NCBI GenBank assembly: GCA_021784975.1
Contig: JAJYGU010000390.1
Location: 1 to 50,750, forward strand
DNA length: 50,750 bases
Source of the DNA: Planctomycetota bacterium
Lineage (GTDB): Bacteria > Planctomycetota > Planctomycetia > Pirellulales > Thermoguttaceae
Reading direction: 5' to 3'
Positions 17,118 through 28,147 of the stretch are shown here, one piece after another. The translations under genes and the position numbers were made by a program. The notes under the pieces were generated by a model. The model saw only the letters and a program-made list of their open reading frames with translations. It was not told where the DNA came from and ran no database searches. How positions within the stretch are numbered: position 1 is the stretch's first letter; every line of letters starts with the position of its first letter.

Positions 17118-18848
17118 ATGACCAACCACGAAATCGCCGCGGTTTTCGAGCAAATCGCCGATTTGCTGGAGTTTCAAGGGGCCAATCCGTTTCGGGTCCG
17201 CGCCTATCGCAACGTTGCGCGGACAGTCCACGATCAGACGGAGTCGGTGGCCGACATCGCCGCCGATGAGAAGCGGTCGCTCAGCGACCTCGAAGGCATC
17301 GGCAAGGACCTGGCCGATAAGATCCGCACGCTGGTGCAGACCGGCTCGCTGCCCATGCTCGACGAGTTGCGGGCGGAAGTGCCCGAGAGCGTCTTGGCCA
17401 TTCTTCGCGTGCCGGGTCTGGGGCCCAAGCGGGCGGCACAACTCTTTCACGAGCTGCACGTGGCCACGCTGGAAGACCTGCGGACGGCCTGCGAGTCGCA
17501 CCGGGTGCAGGTGCTCAAAGGCTTTGGCGCCAAGACTGAGGCCGCCATCTTGCAGGGCCTGGGGATCGCCGCCGAAGCCGAGCAGCGCATCCTGTGGGCG
17601 GAAGCCGAGGAGCACGTCGAGGAGATCCTGGCCCACATGGGCAAGTGCCGGGCGGTGCAGCAGATCTCGGTGGCCGGCAGTTACCGCCGCGGCAAGGAGA
17701 CCGTCGGCGATCTCGATTTCCTGGTGGTCGCGCGCGACGTAGAGACCGCGATGGACCATTTCGGGATCTTCCACGGTGTGGCCAGCGTGCTGGCTCGCGG
17801 CCCCACCAAGATGTCCATCCGCTTGTCGGCCGGCGTGCAAGTCGATCTGCGGGCAGTCGAGGCCAAGTCGTTCGGCGCGGCTATGCAGTACTTCACCGGC
17901 TCGAAGGAACACAACATCATCCTCCGCGGCCGGGCGAAGGCCCTCGGGCTGAAGATCAACGAGTACGGGGTGTTTCGCGGCGAGAAGGTGATTGCCGGAC
18001 GGACCGAAGAGGAAGTCTACGGCTGCCTGGATCTGCCCTGCTTTCCGCCGGAGCTCCGCGAGGCCCGTCGCGAGTTTGACTGGGCCGAGGCCGGCGAGTT
18101 GCCCAAATTGTTGGAAGTGGGCGATATCCGCGGCGACCTCCACGACCATAGCACCTGGACCGACGGCCAGGCGTCGATCGAGCAGATGGCTGCCGCTGCC
18201 AAACAGCGCGGCCACAAGTATCTCGCCATTACCGACCATTCCAAGCGGGTCACCATGGTCAACGGCCTGGACGCGAAACGCATCCTTGAGCAGTGGGCGG
18301 AAATTGACCGACTCAATAAACGGCTCGAAGGCATCACGCTCCTAAAAGGCGTCGAGGTGGATATTCTGGAGCGCGGCGGGCTCGACCTACCCGATGACGT
18401 GCTGGCCCAGGCGGATTGGGTGGTGGCGAGCGTGCATTACGGGCATCAGCAATCGCGGCAGCAGATCACCGCGCGGGTCATCGAAGCCCTCGAAAACCCG
18501 TACGTGGCGAGCATCGGCCATCCCACCGGGCGGATGCTGTTGCGGCGGAAAGCCTATGAAATCGACATGGACGCGGTCATGCGGGCGGCTCGCCAACACG
18601 GTAAGATGCTCGAGCTCAACGCCCACCCGATGCGGCTCGACCTGGACGACGTGGCCTGCGCGGCCGCCAAGAGCCTGGGTGTGCCGGTGGTCATCGCCAC
18701 TGATGCCCACGCCGTCGAGGGCCTCGACGCCATGCGGTTCGGCGTCTTACAGGCCCGCCGGGGTGGGCTCACCAAACAGGACGTGGCCAATACCCGCACC
18801 TGGCCGCAACTGAAGAAGATGATTGGCAAGCCGGGTCAGAAGACGTAG
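17118..18848 (+). CDS. polX: Family X DNA polymerase with C-terminal PHP 3'-5' exonuclease domain
   Basis: The N-terminal HhH region [25 protein letters not shown], the [17 protein letters not shown] nucleotidyltransferase motif, and the PHP histidines ([16 protein letters not shown]) are all present. Confidence 0.95.
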   Translation: MTNHEIAAVFEQIADLLEFQGANPFRVRAYRNVARTVHDQTESVADIAADEKRSLSDLEGIGKDLADKIRTLVQTGSLPMLDELRAEVPESVLAILRVPGLGPKRAAQLFHELHVATLEDLRTACESHRVQVLKGFGAKTEAAILQGLGIAAEAEQRILWAEAEEHVEEILAHMGKCRAVQQISVAGSYRRGKETVGDLDFLVVARDVETAMDHFGIFHGVASVLARGPTKMSIRLSAGVQVDLRAVEAKSFGAAMQYFTGSKEHNIILRGRAKALGLKINEYGVFRGEKVIAGRTEEEVYGCLDLPCFPPELREARREFDWAEAGELPKLLEVGDIRGDLHDHSTWTDGQASIEQMAAAAKQRGHKYLAITDHSKRVTMVNGLDAKRILEQWAEIDRLNKRLEGITLLKGVEVDILERGGLDLPDDVLAQADWVVASVHYGHQQSRQQITARVIEALENPYVASIGHPTGRMLLRRKAYEIDMDAVMRAARQHGKMLELNAHPMRLDLDDVACAAAKSLGVPVVIATDAHAVEGLDAMRFGVLQARRGGLTKQDVANTRTWPQLKKMIGKPGQKT

Positions 18849-20149
18849 CGATTGACCACGTTCTCAAACAGCTCTTGCCGGCCGCTTTGGTTTGGGGCTG
18901 CTTCGCCTTTGGCGAGCATGTACTTCTCCAGCGACTCGAAGCCGTGCCGGCCGGCCTCGATCTCGGCCCCGACGCCGCTCTGCCAGGAGGCGTAGCGGTC
19001 GGCGACCATCTTGGCCAGCGCGCCGTCGGCGCGGATGGCGGCCGCGATTTTCAGCCCCTTGGCGAAGGCGTCCATGCCGCCGATGTGCGCATAGAACAAG
19101 TCGATCGGCTCGAAACTCTCGCGGCGGACCTTGGCGTCGAAGTTAAGCCCGCCGGTGGTGAGGCCCCCGTATTTCAAGATCACCAGCATGATCTTGGCCG
19201 TGAGATAAATGTCGGTCGGAAATTGGTCCGTGTCCCATCCCAGGAGCAAATCGCCGGTGTTGGCGTCGACCGATCCCAGGAAACCCTGTGAGCCGGCGTA
19301 GTCCAACTCATGCTCGACCGAATGGCCGGCCAGGGTGGCGTGGTTGGTCTCGATGTTCATCTTCACGTGCTCCGCCAGGCCGTAAGCGCGAAGGAAGTTG
19401 ATACAGGCGGCCGAATCGAAGTCGTACTGATGCTTGGTCGGCTCCTTTGGCTTCGGCTCGAAATAGAACTGGCCGGTGAAGCCGATTCTCTGGGCATAGT
19501 CGACGGCCAGGTGCATGAAGGCGGCCAGGTGATCGAGCTCGCGCTTCATGTCGGTGTTCCACAGACATTGATAGCCCTCGCGGCCGCCCCAGAACACATA
19601 GCCCGCCCCGCCCAGCTCTTTGGTCACCTCCAATGCCTTCTTGACCTGGGCGGCGGCGAAGGCGAAGGCGTCGGCGTTGCAACTGGTGGCCGCACCGTGC
19701 ATGTAGCGGGGATTGCTAAACAGATTGGCGGTGCCCCAAAGGAGCTTGATGCCCGTGCGCCGCTGCTCTTCTTTGAGCACCTTCACCACGGCGTCGAGGT
19801 TCTTGTTGGTTTCGGCCAAGGTGGCGCCTTCGGGGGCGACATCGCGGTCGTGGAAGCAGTAGAACGGCGCACCCAGCTTCTCGATGAACTCGAAGGCCAC
19901 GCGGGCACGGCGCATGGCATTTTCCACCGTGTCGGTCGGGCCTTCCCAGGGCCGCAGCATCGTGCCCGGCCCAAAAGGATCGCTGCCGGTGCCGCGGAAG
20001 GTGTGCCAATAGGCCACGCTGAACCGCAAATGGTCCTTCATCGGCTTGCCTTCGACCAGTTCGTCCTGGTTGTAGCAGCGGAAGGCCAGCGGGTTCTTGG
20101 AATCGGGTCCTTCGTACTTGATTGTGGAAACATCGGGAAATGCCGACAT
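18836..20149 (-). CDS. xylA: Xylose isomerase
   Basis: 437 aa. The N-terminus ([18 protein letters not shown]...[15 protein letters not shown]) and the FEPKP and WDTDQF motifs are diagnostic of class II XylA. Confidence 0.97.
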   Translation of the reverse strand: MSAFPDVSTIKYEGPDSKNPLAFRCYNQDELVEGKPMKDHLRFSVAYWHTFRGTGSDPFGPGTMLRPWEGPTDTVENAMRRARVAFEFIEKLGAPFYCFHDRDVAPEGATLAETNKNLDAVVKVLKEEQRRTGIKLLWGTANLFSNPRYMHGAATSCNADAFAFAAAQVKKALEVTKELGGAGYVFWGGREGYQCLWNTDMKRELDHLAAFMHLAVDYAQRIGFTGQFYFEPKPKEPTKHQYDFDSAACINFLRAYGLAEHVKMNIETNHATLAGHSVEHELDYAGSQGFLGSVDANTGDLLLGWDTDQFPTDIYLTAKIMLVILKYGGLTTGGLNFDAKVRRESFEPIDLFYAHIGGMDAFAKGLKIAAAIRADGALAKMVADRYASWQSGVGAEIEAGRHGFESLEKYMLAKGEAAPNQSGRQELFENVVNRYVF

Positions 20150-20150
20150 G

Positions 20151-20399
20151 CTACGACTCCTTCTTCAACTCGCCTTCCAAGGCTCTAATTGTGTCTTCCA
20201 GAGTATTCATTCGCTTCTCGTTCCACCGCAGCCCACTGGCGACGAGCACGCCGAGCAGCCCAAGGCCAATGAACGTCGGAGTAATGCTAGTCCCCGTCGG
20301 ACCTAAGAAACACACCACCACGCCGCAAAACAGCCATACCAAGGAGAGGAGGGTGCTAATGGTTGCCAAAATGTAGGTCGGACATCGCGTTTCGCGCAT
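20151..20399 (-). CDS. Small two-TM membrane protein with a C-terminal coiled-coil tail
   Basis: ATG at 20399 after GGAGAG. Its stop lies 1 nt upstream of the xylA ATG. No recognisable family. Confidence 0.5.
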   Translation of the reverse strand: MRETRCPTYILATISTLLSLVWLFCGVVVCFLGPTGTSITPTFIGLGLLGVLVASGLRWNEKRMNTLEDTIRALEGELKKES

Positions 20400-20576
20400 T
20401 GTGCTCTCCTGGAAAACGAGGAACCGGCACCGCCATGCGTCGCGCCCCTCGCCCGTGAACAAGCAAGAGTTCTTTGGAGTGCGGCAATCTATTGCCGTTT
20501 TTCCGGCGTTTTTTGCAGCTTAGGCGGCACGCGGGGTTCACCTGAAAAGAGAGTTTCGCAAGCTTCTCCGCGGCCC

Positions 20577-20600
20577 AGAAAAGCGGTGATGAATCACCGC
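20577..20600 (-). terminator. Intrinsic terminator downstream of the ThuA-like gene
   Basis: On the minus strand, GCGGTGAT-TC-ATCACCGC is followed by TTTTCT, 13 nt after the stop at 20613. Confidence 0.5.
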
Positions 20601-20612
20601 ATTCCAAAATCG

Positions 20613-21500
20613 CTATCTCGCCCTCAACAGCACTTCGGCGTCCGGCGTCACCTCGGCGATATTAGGCGGCACCTCGGCCTTGGCGTTGCCCAACGACCAG
20701 GCCAGGCCGCCGGTTAGGACTTGGCGGAAAATCTTGTTCTTCTCCCAGGTCCGATTGCCGTGGCCCATGGAGGTGTAGAACACGTGGCCCTTGCCAGACA
20801 AATGGGCCCAAGTGGCCGGATAGGGCGGCCGTTGGTACATGCGGCCGCGCATGCCCTCGGTCTCCTGCACCAGAATCACGTGCAGGTCCTTGGCAAACTT
20901 GTACAAGGTGTACCATTCGTCCCAGGACTTGAACGAGCCGTCCAGGCCTTGCATGCCGGGGAACTTCGGGTCAGTGACTTTCATGACGGCCGTCTGCTGC
21001 GGGCCGTGGATGATGAACTCGCCGCCAATCATGGCAGTATAGGGATCAATGCGATTGGGCGGGGTATGAAAGGCGTCGGTGGCGGAGTGAATGCCGACGA
21101 AGCCCTTGCCGCCCTTGACGGCGTCGAGGAATTTCTGCTTGCCGGTGGCGGACATCGGCGCGCCGGGGTTCGCCCGCGGGTCGCTGCAGGGCTTGGTCAG
21201 GTCGCCGGTCACGTAGAAGATGAAGCCGTCGTATTGGTCGAGGTCGCCGTCGAACACCGCGCCGTCCTTCGTGCAGACGAATTCGATGCCGGCCTTCTGA
21301 CCCAACTTGGTGAACCACTCGTCGGAGAGGCTCGGTCCGCCGTGGCGGAGCTTGACGGGATCGTGCTCGAAGGTCTGGCTGCGGCTGAAGTAGAGCACCT
21401 TTTGTTTCTTCTTGTCTTGCGCGGCCACCCAACGAACGGGAAACGCCGACAGTCCGAGGGCCGCGGCGCCACTGGCCAACAACATTTCACGACGGTTCAT
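20613..21500 (-). CDS. ThuA-domain (trehalose-utilisation-like) protein with a Tat-type signal
   Basis: N-terminus MNRREMLLASGAAALGLSA. The ThuA-like core includes GKGFVGIHSATDAF. Confidence 0.85.
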   Translation of the reverse strand: MNRREMLLASGAAALGLSAFPVRWVAAQDKKKQKVLYFSRSQTFEHDPVKLRHGGPSLSDEWFTKLGQKAGIEFVCTKDGAVFDGDLDQYDGFIFYVTGDLTKPCSDPRANPGAPMSATGKQKFLDAVKGGKGFVGIHSATDAFHTPPNRIDPYTAMIGGEFIIHGPQQTAVMKVTDPKFPGMQGLDGSFKSWDEWYTLYKFAKDLHVILVQETEGMRGRMYQRPPYPATWAHLSGKGHVFYTSMGHGNRTWEKNKIFRQVLTGGLAWSLGNAKAEVPPNIAEVTPDAEVLLRAR

Positions 21501-21512
21501 GGCTTTTCACTC

Positions 21513-23339
21513 CTATCCACGGAAGTAAAGGTAGGCCCCGAGAATGGCTGCCAGGATGGCCGCGGACGCCAGCACGTCGCGCCAATCCCAACTGGCGCGG
21601 GTCAGGCGGCGGTCCTCCGCGGCAGCGGTCCCAAAGGTGAGTCCCGCCATCTTACCATATTCCGGCTGGGATGTCAGGTGGCTGACCAGCACCATGACCA
21701 CCGCCGAAACCAGCGTAATCAGCACGCTAAAATACTGGAAATTAATGTTGTTGACGATCCACAGCAGCGATCCCTCGGCATAGCCGTTCTCGAAACCGGG
21801 CAGTCTCATCATCACCGGGGTATCCACCAACATGCGAAACACGCCGATTACAAATCCGGCCACCAGGGCCGCCAAACATCCCTGGGCATTGAGCCGCTTA
21901 AAAAATACGCCAAAAAAGAAGACCACGAAGATCGGCGGGGCCAGGTAGCCCTGCACCGCCTGCAAGTATTCGTAGAGCCCATGCGAACCGCGGACCACCG
22001 GCACCCACGCCAAGGCGATCAACACCATCACCACGGTGGCCGCCCGGCCCATCCGCACCAACTGGTGCTGGCTGGCCCTGGGCCGCCATTTTTCGTAGAG
22101 GTCCACGGTAAACAACGTGGAACACGCATTGAAGACCCCGGCCAGCGAGCCCATCAAGGCCGAAAGCAGGCCCGCCACCACAATGCCCCGCAGCCCGCTG
22201 GGCAGCAGATACTTGACCATCATCGGGAAGGCGGCTTGCGCCTCCTGCGGCACGGCGACGCCGTTGTGAACGATCGGCGCCAGCCCGGGCACCTTTCCGC
22301 TCTTGGCCAGGGCGAAGCAGATCAGGCCGGGGATGATGAACAGGTACACGGGGAACAATTTCAAGAAGGCGGCGAAGATGCTGCCGCGGCGGGCGATCTG
22401 CTGGTTGGGCGCCCCCAAGGCCCGCTGCACGATGTACTGGTCGGTACACCAATACCACAGGCCGATGATCGGGGCACAAATGGCCATGCCCAGCCAGGGG
22501 AAATTGCTGTTGAAGTACCAGGCCTCGCGCACCACGTTTCCAGATGCGCTCTTCGCGATGATCGGCGCCCAGGTTCCTTCCACGCCGGCCGGAATCAACG
22601 GTTTCCAAAGGTTGAACATCTCCGAGCCGCAGATCCGCCGCAATTCCCCCCAGCCGCCGAGCGTGTGCAGGCCGTAGATGGTCAGCACCGCCGAGCCGGT
22701 GATCAGGACCAGGGTTTGCACGGCATCGTTGTAGGCCACCGCCCGCATCCCGCCCAACGCGGTGTATAAGCCCGTCAAGACGATCACCAGCACCGAGCCG
22801 ATCCAAAAGCTGTCGATCACGTGGCCGCCCAGGTACAGTCTCATATCCGGCAGAAGCGTTTCGAAGACCACCCCGCCGGCAAAGATGCCCACCGCGATCT
22901 TCGAGACGATAAAGGTAATCAGCGACACCACCGAGAGCATGTACCGCGAGGCCGGCGAAAAACGCCGCTCCAGGAACTCGGGCATGGTGAACACCAACGA
23001 CCGCGCGTAGAAGGGTACGAAGACCCACGCCAACACCAGCAGGCACCAGGCGTGCAGCTCATAGTGCGCCATGGCCACGCCGTCCTTGGCCCCCGAGCCG
23101 GCCAGCCCGACGATGTGCTCCGAGCCGATGTTCGAGGCGAAGATCGAGGCCCCGATGACCCACCAGCCGAGGTTGCGTCCGGCGAGAAAGTAGTCGGCGG
23201 CCGTGTCCTTCCCCCGCCGCACCACCCAGCAGGCCACGCCCAGCAAGACCGCAAAGTACACGGCGATCATCAGCCAGTCGGGAGCGTCCAACGCCGCGCC
23301 GGTCTCAGCGGCGGCCAAGAGAGGGGAGAGACAACTCAT
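21513..23339 (-). CDS. Sodium:solute symporter family (SSS, SGLT-like sugar transporter)
   Basis: 608 aa with about 14 TM segments. N-terminal SSS signature DYFLAGRNLGWWVIGASIFASNIGSEHIVG. Confidence 0.95.
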   Translation of the reverse strand: MSCLSPLLAAAETGAALDAPDWLMIAVYFAVLLGVACWVVRRGKDTAADYFLAGRNLGWWVIGASIFASNIGSEHIVGLAGSGAKDGVAMAHYELHAWCLLVLAWVFVPFYARSLVFTMPEFLERRFSPASRYMLSVVSLITFIVSKIAVGIFAGGVVFETLLPDMRLYLGGHVIDSFWIGSVLVIVLTGLYTALGGMRAVAYNDAVQTLVLITGSAVLTIYGLHTLGGWGELRRICGSEMFNLWKPLIPAGVEGTWAPIIAKSASGNVVREAWYFNSNFPWLGMAICAPIIGLWYWCTDQYIVQRALGAPNQQIARRGSIFAAFLKLFPVYLFIIPGLICFALAKSGKVPGLAPIVHNGVAVPQEAQAAFPMMVKYLLPSGLRGIVVAGLLSALMGSLAGVFNACSTLFTVDLYEKWRPRASQHQLVRMGRAATVVMVLIALAWVPVVRGSHGLYEYLQAVQGYLAPPIFVVFFFGVFFKRLNAQGCLAALVAGFVIGVFRMLVDTPVMMRLPGFENGYAEGSLLWIVNNINFQYFSVLITLVSAVVMVLVSHLTSQPEYGKMAGLTFGTAAAEDRRLTRASWDWRDVLASAAILAAILGAYLYFRG

Positions 23340-23421
23340 TACCGCATGATTCCTCGTACGGGCGCATGGGCATCGTTAGGCGACATTTTATAAGAACGGA
23401 GACCTATTGCAATCGGCCTGG

Positions 23422-23455
23422 GTAAGCGCAGCGTGATGAGCACGCTATTGCTTAC
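23422..23455. promoter_or_regulatory. Nested palindrome in the divergent SSS / GH20-like promoter region (candidate operator)
   Basis: GTAAGC-GC-AGCGTG-ATGAG-CACGCT-ATT-GCTTAC: an outer 6-bp and an inner 6-bp inverted repeat. Confidence 0.3.
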
Positions 23456-23476
23456 GTTGTTCCACACGCTACGATC

Positions 23477-25588
23477 ATGGAGAGCAACCAGAGCACATTT
23501 GTGAGGTTCACCATGTTGTCGTGTCTCCATACCTCGGCGGTTCGCATAGGGCTAGTGGCAGCAATGGCCGTCGTAGCGGTGTCTCAGGCCACGGCCCTGG
23601 AAAACGACCCAAGAAGAGTGGCCGAGTTGCTCACTCGTGCCGATGTGTGGATCATGCCGCAACCTAAAGCGGTTGCCGTCGGCGGCCAGGGGTTCGATCT
23701 TGCCGGCTGCCAAGGCATCTGCCTGGCGGGCGAAGCCGGCGAGGACGCGAATTGCGCCGGCAGTCTGCCGTCGCTCCTGCGGCAGAGTTCGGGCGTGTCG
23801 CTGCGATTTGCAGCCGGCCAGCCGAAGGCGCGTCAAATCGTGCTCGGGGTGTTCCCCGGCGGCAAACCGGCGGCCGGTTTCCCCAAAGCCACCGCGGCCG
23901 ATTTGAAGGACCTCGGCGAGCAAGGCTACTGGTTGAGCATCGACCCGGACGCAATTGCCGCCGCGGCCACCAGTAAGGTCGGTCTGTACTACGCGGTGAG
24001 AACCATCGCCCAGATCGCGACCGACCGGACCAGGCTGCCGGGCGTAACGATTCGCGATTGGCCGTCGCTACGGTATCGCGGCGCTCTGGAGGACGTCAGT
24101 CGCGGCCAGATGCCGAGGCTGGGCACCCTGAAGCGGCTGGCCGATGTGATCGCCATCGCCAAAATGAACATCTTCGAGTTGTACATCGAGCATCTTTACA
24201 AGTGGAAGAAATATCCCGACATCGCCCCGCCCGAGGGCATCTCCGCCGAGGAAGGCCGAGAACTGTTCCGCCATGCGGCCGGCAAGAACATCGAGGTCCA
24301 CCCGATGCTGCAAGTCCTCGGTCATTCCTACGGCATTCTGAGCAAGCCCCGCTATCAGCATCTGCGGGTGGGCCCGTGCCGAAAAGAGCCGTGGATCATG
24401 ACCTTCGACATCCGGAAACCGGAGGCCGTGTCATTGGTCCTTGACCTGGTGCGGGAGGTGTGCGACACCTTTCCGGGCAAGTTCCTAAACGTTGACATCA
24501 CCGAAATCGACCTCGACGGCTTCAAAGCCAGCGGCACCAGCGAGGAGCAGATCTCCGAGTTGACGTATCGCTACCTGCTCAAGCTGCGGGAGGCGATCAA
24601 GCCGCACGGCACGCGATTGATGGCCGCCCAAGGGCCGCTTTCCAGCACCGGCGCGCTCAACGGCCTTCGGCCGGTGCTCGGCCGCCTTCCCAAAGAGATC
24701 GTGATCTCCAGCTACTACACCGTGCCGCCCGGACCGTACGGAACCGCCTGGGCGACGGATTTTCCACTGCTCAAGAAGCAGGGCCGCGACTTCTTTGTCA
24801 TGCCGTGGATCGAGTCGCACATCCGCATCATGCCCGACGTGAGCCGGGCCGCCGATTTCTCGGACGCTGAAGTACGTAAGGGCCAGGAGTTCCACGCGCT
24901 GGGCAGCGTAACCGACGACTGGGGCGACGACGGCCACTACCATTTGGTCGGCCAGACCTGGTATCCATTTCTCTATCACGGCGTCTGCGCTTGGACGGGC
25001 GGGCGGCTTGACCGGCGTTATTTCCATCAAGCTTTCTGCCGCCTTCTTTACGGGATGAAGAACGACCGCATCGCCACGGCAATTCACCTGATCGGCGACA
25101 TCAATTCGCAGAAGATCAAGTGCCGTGATGATCAAGGTCGGATCGTGGAAAAACCGAGCCAACACTATTGGGAGTTCTGGCACGACCCATTCACCGCTAC
25201 TGACATCGTATCCATGGCCGACCCAATTGCCACCGGCAACGAAATCCTTGTTCCCGCGGAGAGAGCCCTCGCGATGCTTCAAGAATCCGCCAAGGAAGCC
25301 AGCCGGAATCGGGATCACGTGGAACAGTTGATCTTCGCCGCCAAGAACTACGCGGCCATGGGCCGGAAATTGATCGCCGCCGGCCATTGGCGCGACGCGA
25401 AGTACCCGCGGCGAAAGGTCGCCGAGGAATTGAAACAGATCGTGGCCGTTTACGAGCAGCTACGAAACGACTTCCGCCGGCTCTGGTTGGCGGAAGACTG
25501 CGAAAACGACGGCTTCCGTGTCCTCCTAAACCGATTCGACGAAACCATCGTCCCCTGCCGCCAGAAGGCGACCGAGCTTTTCAAATAG
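23477..25588 (+). CDS. Secreted glycoside hydrolase family 20-like (hexosaminidase-type TIM barrel) protein
   Basis: IRDWPSLRYRGALEDVSRGQMP and the following NIFELYIEH resemble the GH20 N-domain/barrel junction. The signal peptide is best from ATG 23513 (MLSCLHTSAVRIGLVAAMAVVAVSQATA). A catalytic D-E pair is not clearly seen. Confidence 0.65.
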   Translation: MESNQSTFVRFTMLSCLHTSAVRIGLVAAMAVVAVSQATALENDPRRVAELLTRADVWIMPQPKAVAVGGQGFDLAGCQGICLAGEAGEDANCAGSLPSLLRQSSGVSLRFAAGQPKARQIVLGVFPGGKPAAGFPKATAADLKDLGEQGYWLSIDPDAIAAAATSKVGLYYAVRTIAQIATDRTRLPGVTIRDWPSLRYRGALEDVSRGQMPRLGTLKRLADVIAIAKMNIFELYIEHLYKWKKYPDIAPPEGISAEEGRELFRHAAGKNIEVHPMLQVLGHSYGILSKPRYQHLRVGPCRKEPWIMTFDIRKPEAVSLVLDLVREVCDTFPGKFLNVDITEIDLDGFKASGTSEEQISELTYRYLLKLREAIKPHGTRLMAAQGPLSSTGALNGLRPVLGRLPKEIVISSYYTVPPGPYGTAWATDFPLLKKQGRDFFVMPWIESHIRIMPDVSRAADFSDAEVRKGQEFHALGSVTDDWGDDGHYHLVGQTWYPFLYHGVCAWTGGRLDRRYFHQAFCRLLYGMKNDRIATAIHLIGDINSQKIKCRDDQGRIVEKPSQHYWEFWHDPFTATDIVSMADPIATGNEILVPAERALAMLQESAKEASRNRDHVEQLIFAAKNYAAMGRKLIAAGHWRDAKYPRRKVAEELKQIVAVYEQLRNDFRRLWLAEDCENDGFRVLLNRFDETIVPCRQKATELFK

Positions 25589-25605
25589 CTATAAGCCAAG
25601 AGTCC

Positions 25606-27069
25606 ATGCCGCCCGTGGCCGGTGAAAGGAACCGCGTCTTGAAGATCAACGGCTATCTGTTGGGTTGCGTGGTGGTGGCTGCCTTGGGCGGCTTGTTGTT
25701 TGGCTTCGACGCGGCCGTGGTTTCGGGGACCACCGAGGCGCTCAAGAAGGTCTTTCAACTGGAGGATTCCTGGCTGGGGCTGCCCGGCTCGTTCTGGCTC
25801 GGCTTTACCGTGGCCAGCGCCATGATCGGCACGATTGTCGGCTCGATCGCGGTCGGCCGGCCGACCGACCGCTTCGGGCGACGGACGGTGTTGATCGCCA
25901 TTGCCGCCTTGTACGTGATCTCGTCGTTGGGAACCGCTCTTCCGCGGCACTGGACGACCTTTCTGCTCTTTCGCTTCATGGGCGGGCTGGCGATCGGCGG
26001 GGCCTCGGTGGTCTCGCCCATGTACATCGCCGAGATTTCCCCGGCCGCCTATCGCGGACGGCTGGTGGCGGTTACCCAATTCAACATCGTCTTCGGTATC
26101 CTGCTGGCCTTCTTCTCCAACTACCTGATTGCCCAGATGGACCTCGGCGACAACGAGTGGCGATGGATGTTCGGCGTGGTGGCGGTCCCGTCGGCAATTT
26201 TCTTCTTGCTGCTGTTTGTCACCCCCAACAGTCCGCGCTGGCTGGTGGCCCAAGGGAGGACCGAGGAAGCCCGCCGCATCTTTCGGCGACTGGGGGCGGA
26301 CGACGTAGAAGGCGAGCTGGGCGACATCCGGGCCTCGCTCGACACGGCCCATCACAGCCTTCGCGAACCGTTCTTCCGCAAAAGCTATCGCACACCGATC
26401 CTGCTGGTGGTGGCCATCGCCGTGTTCAACCAGCTTTCCGGCATCAACGCGCTGATGTTCTACGCGCCGGCCATTTTCAGCATGGCTGGGGCGGACAAGA
26501 GCGCTGCCCTGTTGCAGGCGGTGGCCGTCGGCGGCACGAATCTGGTGTTCACCATCGCGGCCATGGCGATCATCGATCATTTTGGGCGGCGGCGGCTGAT
26601 GATCGTGGGTTCGATCGGCTACATCCTCAGCCTGGGGGCCACCGCCTGGGCGTTTTACAGCTACGGCGACGCCTTTGCGGCGGCTGCCGACGCCGTCCGC
26701 TCCGGCGCTGCGGTCCCCGCCAGCGTGGCGGCGGCCGCTTCTTCCGGGGCCCTGACGGTGTTGATCAGCCTGTTGGTGTTTATCGCCTCGCACGCCTTCG
26801 GCCAGGGGGCGGTGATCTGGGTGTTCATCAGCGAGATTTTTCCCAATCGCGTGCGGGCGCGAGGGCAGGCCCTGGGCAGCTTCACCCACTGGTTCATGGC
26901 CGCCGCCGTGACTTGGACCTTCCCCGTCTTCGCCAAGCTCTCGGGCGGGCATACCTTTGCCTTCTATACGGTGATGATGGTCTTGCAATTGCTGTGGGTA
27001 TGGTTCATCATGCCGGAGACCAAGGGCGCATCGCTGGAAGAGATTCAATGTAAACTGGGGATTGAGTGA
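25606..27069 (+). CDS. MFS sugar porter (XylE/GalP-like)
   Basis: ATG at 25606. Sugar-porter signatures LGGLLFGFDAAVVSG, GRPTDRFGRR, PMYIAEISPAAYRGRL and PETKGASLEEI. Confidence 0.9.
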   Translation: MPPVAGERNRVLKINGYLLGCVVVAALGGLLFGFDAAVVSGTTEALKKVFQLEDSWLGLPGSFWLGFTVASAMIGTIVGSIAVGRPTDRFGRRTVLIAIAALYVISSLGTALPRHWTTFLLFRFMGGLAIGGASVVSPMYIAEISPAAYRGRLVAVTQFNIVFGILLAFFSNYLIAQMDLGDNEWRWMFGVVAVPSAIFFLLLFVTPNSPRWLVAQGRTEEARRIFRRLGADDVEGELGDIRASLDTAHHSLREPFFRKSYRTPILLVVAIAVFNQLSGINALMFYAPAIFSMAGADKSAALLQAVAVGGTNLVFTIAAMAIIDHFGRRRLMIVGSIGYILSLGATAWAFYSYGDAFAAAADAVRSGAAVPASVAAAASSGALTVLISLLVFIASHAFGQGAVIWVFISEIFPNRVRARGQALGSFTHWFMAAAVTWTFPVFAKLSGGHTFAFYTVMMVLQLLWVWFIMPETKGASLEEIQCKLGIE

Positions 27070-27094
27070 CCGCTTTTGCCAAGGAGAACCAACC

Positions 27095-28147
27095 ATGAAC
27101 GAAACTTCAACCACCCGCCGCGACTTCTTGAAAACCGCCTCGGCGGCGGTGGCGGGCGTCTCAGTAGCCTCGCTGGCCGCGGCCCAGCCGGCCGACACCG
27201 CCAAGATCCTCAACTACAACCCGAAGATGGGCTACCGGCCGTTGGGCAGCACGGGGTTCATGATCTCGGAGATTGCCCTGGGCGGACACGGCGGCCGAAC
27301 GCCTGAGGATCGCGTGCCGGTCCTCGAGCGGGCCGTCGAGCTTGGCATGAACTATGTGGACAACAACATGGCGAGCGAGTGCGAGATGTACGGGGCGGCC
27401 ATGGCCAAGTCGTCGGCTGCCCAACGCGACAAGTGGTTCATCGGCTTTGCTTCGTGGCCCGAAAAGATCACCAGCGAGTACGAGGACCAGTTGACGCCCC
27501 AGGGCATGATGAAGAACATCGAGGCCCGGCTCAAGACCTACCGCACCGAGATGCTCGACATGTGGCGGCCAGTCGGGGCGACCTGGGGCGAGGGGCAGAC
27601 CAAGATCGCCACCCTGTTGATGGTCAACCGCAAGGCGCTCGACATGGTGGTCTCGGTGTTTGAAAAGGCCAAGCGGCAGGGGAAGGTTCGTTTTTTGGGC
27701 GTATCGGCGCACAACCCCAAAGTTTTTCGCCGCGTGCTGCAAGAGTACCCCCAGTTCTCGGTGATTATCTTCCCGTACCTGTTCCTCACCGAAGAGTTCG
27801 GCGGCGACAGCCTCTTGAAGCTGGCGGACGAAAAGAAGGTGGGCGTGATCGGGCTCAAACCGTTCGGCGCCGGCACCACTTTCGGCGTCAAGCCGCAGCA
27901 GATCCATGGCAGAGTCGACCGGCGGGCACACGTGCTGCTAAAGGAGATGCTCAAGGAGCGGCGGATTTCGGCAGTCATCCCCGGCGTGAACATCCCCCAC
28001 CAACTCGACGAAAACGCAAAAGGCTCCCACGAAAAAGGCAAGCCGGCCAGCGACGCGGAAAAGCAGGCCCTGCTGGAATGCACCCGGAACTACCACGCCC
28101 ACCTCACTCCGAACTATCAGTGGCTGCACCAATGGGAACGCGTCTAA
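27095..28147 (+). CDS. Aldo/keto reductase-family protein with a twin-arginine signal peptide
   Basis: AAGGAGA then ATG at 27095. Tat motif TRRDFLKTASAAVAGVSVASLAAAQ. AKR-like elements GMNYVDNN...EMYG and LGVSAHN. The usual TK lysine position reads FAS. Confidence 0.85.
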   Translation: MNETSTTRRDFLKTASAAVAGVSVASLAAAQPADTAKILNYNPKMGYRPLGSTGFMISEIALGGHGGRTPEDRVPVLERAVELGMNYVDNNMASECEMYGAAMAKSSAAQRDKWFIGFASWPEKITSEYEDQLTPQGMMKNIEARLKTYRTEMLDMWRPVGATWGEGQTKIATLLMVNRKALDMVVSVFEKAKRQGKVRFLGVSAHNPKVFRRVLQEYPQFSVIIFPYLFLTEEFGGDSLLKLADEKKVGVIGLKPFGAGTTFGVKPQQIHGRVDRRAHVLLKEMLKERRISAVIPGVNIPHQLDENAKGSHEKGKPASDAEKQALLECTRNYHAHLTPNYQWLHQWERV

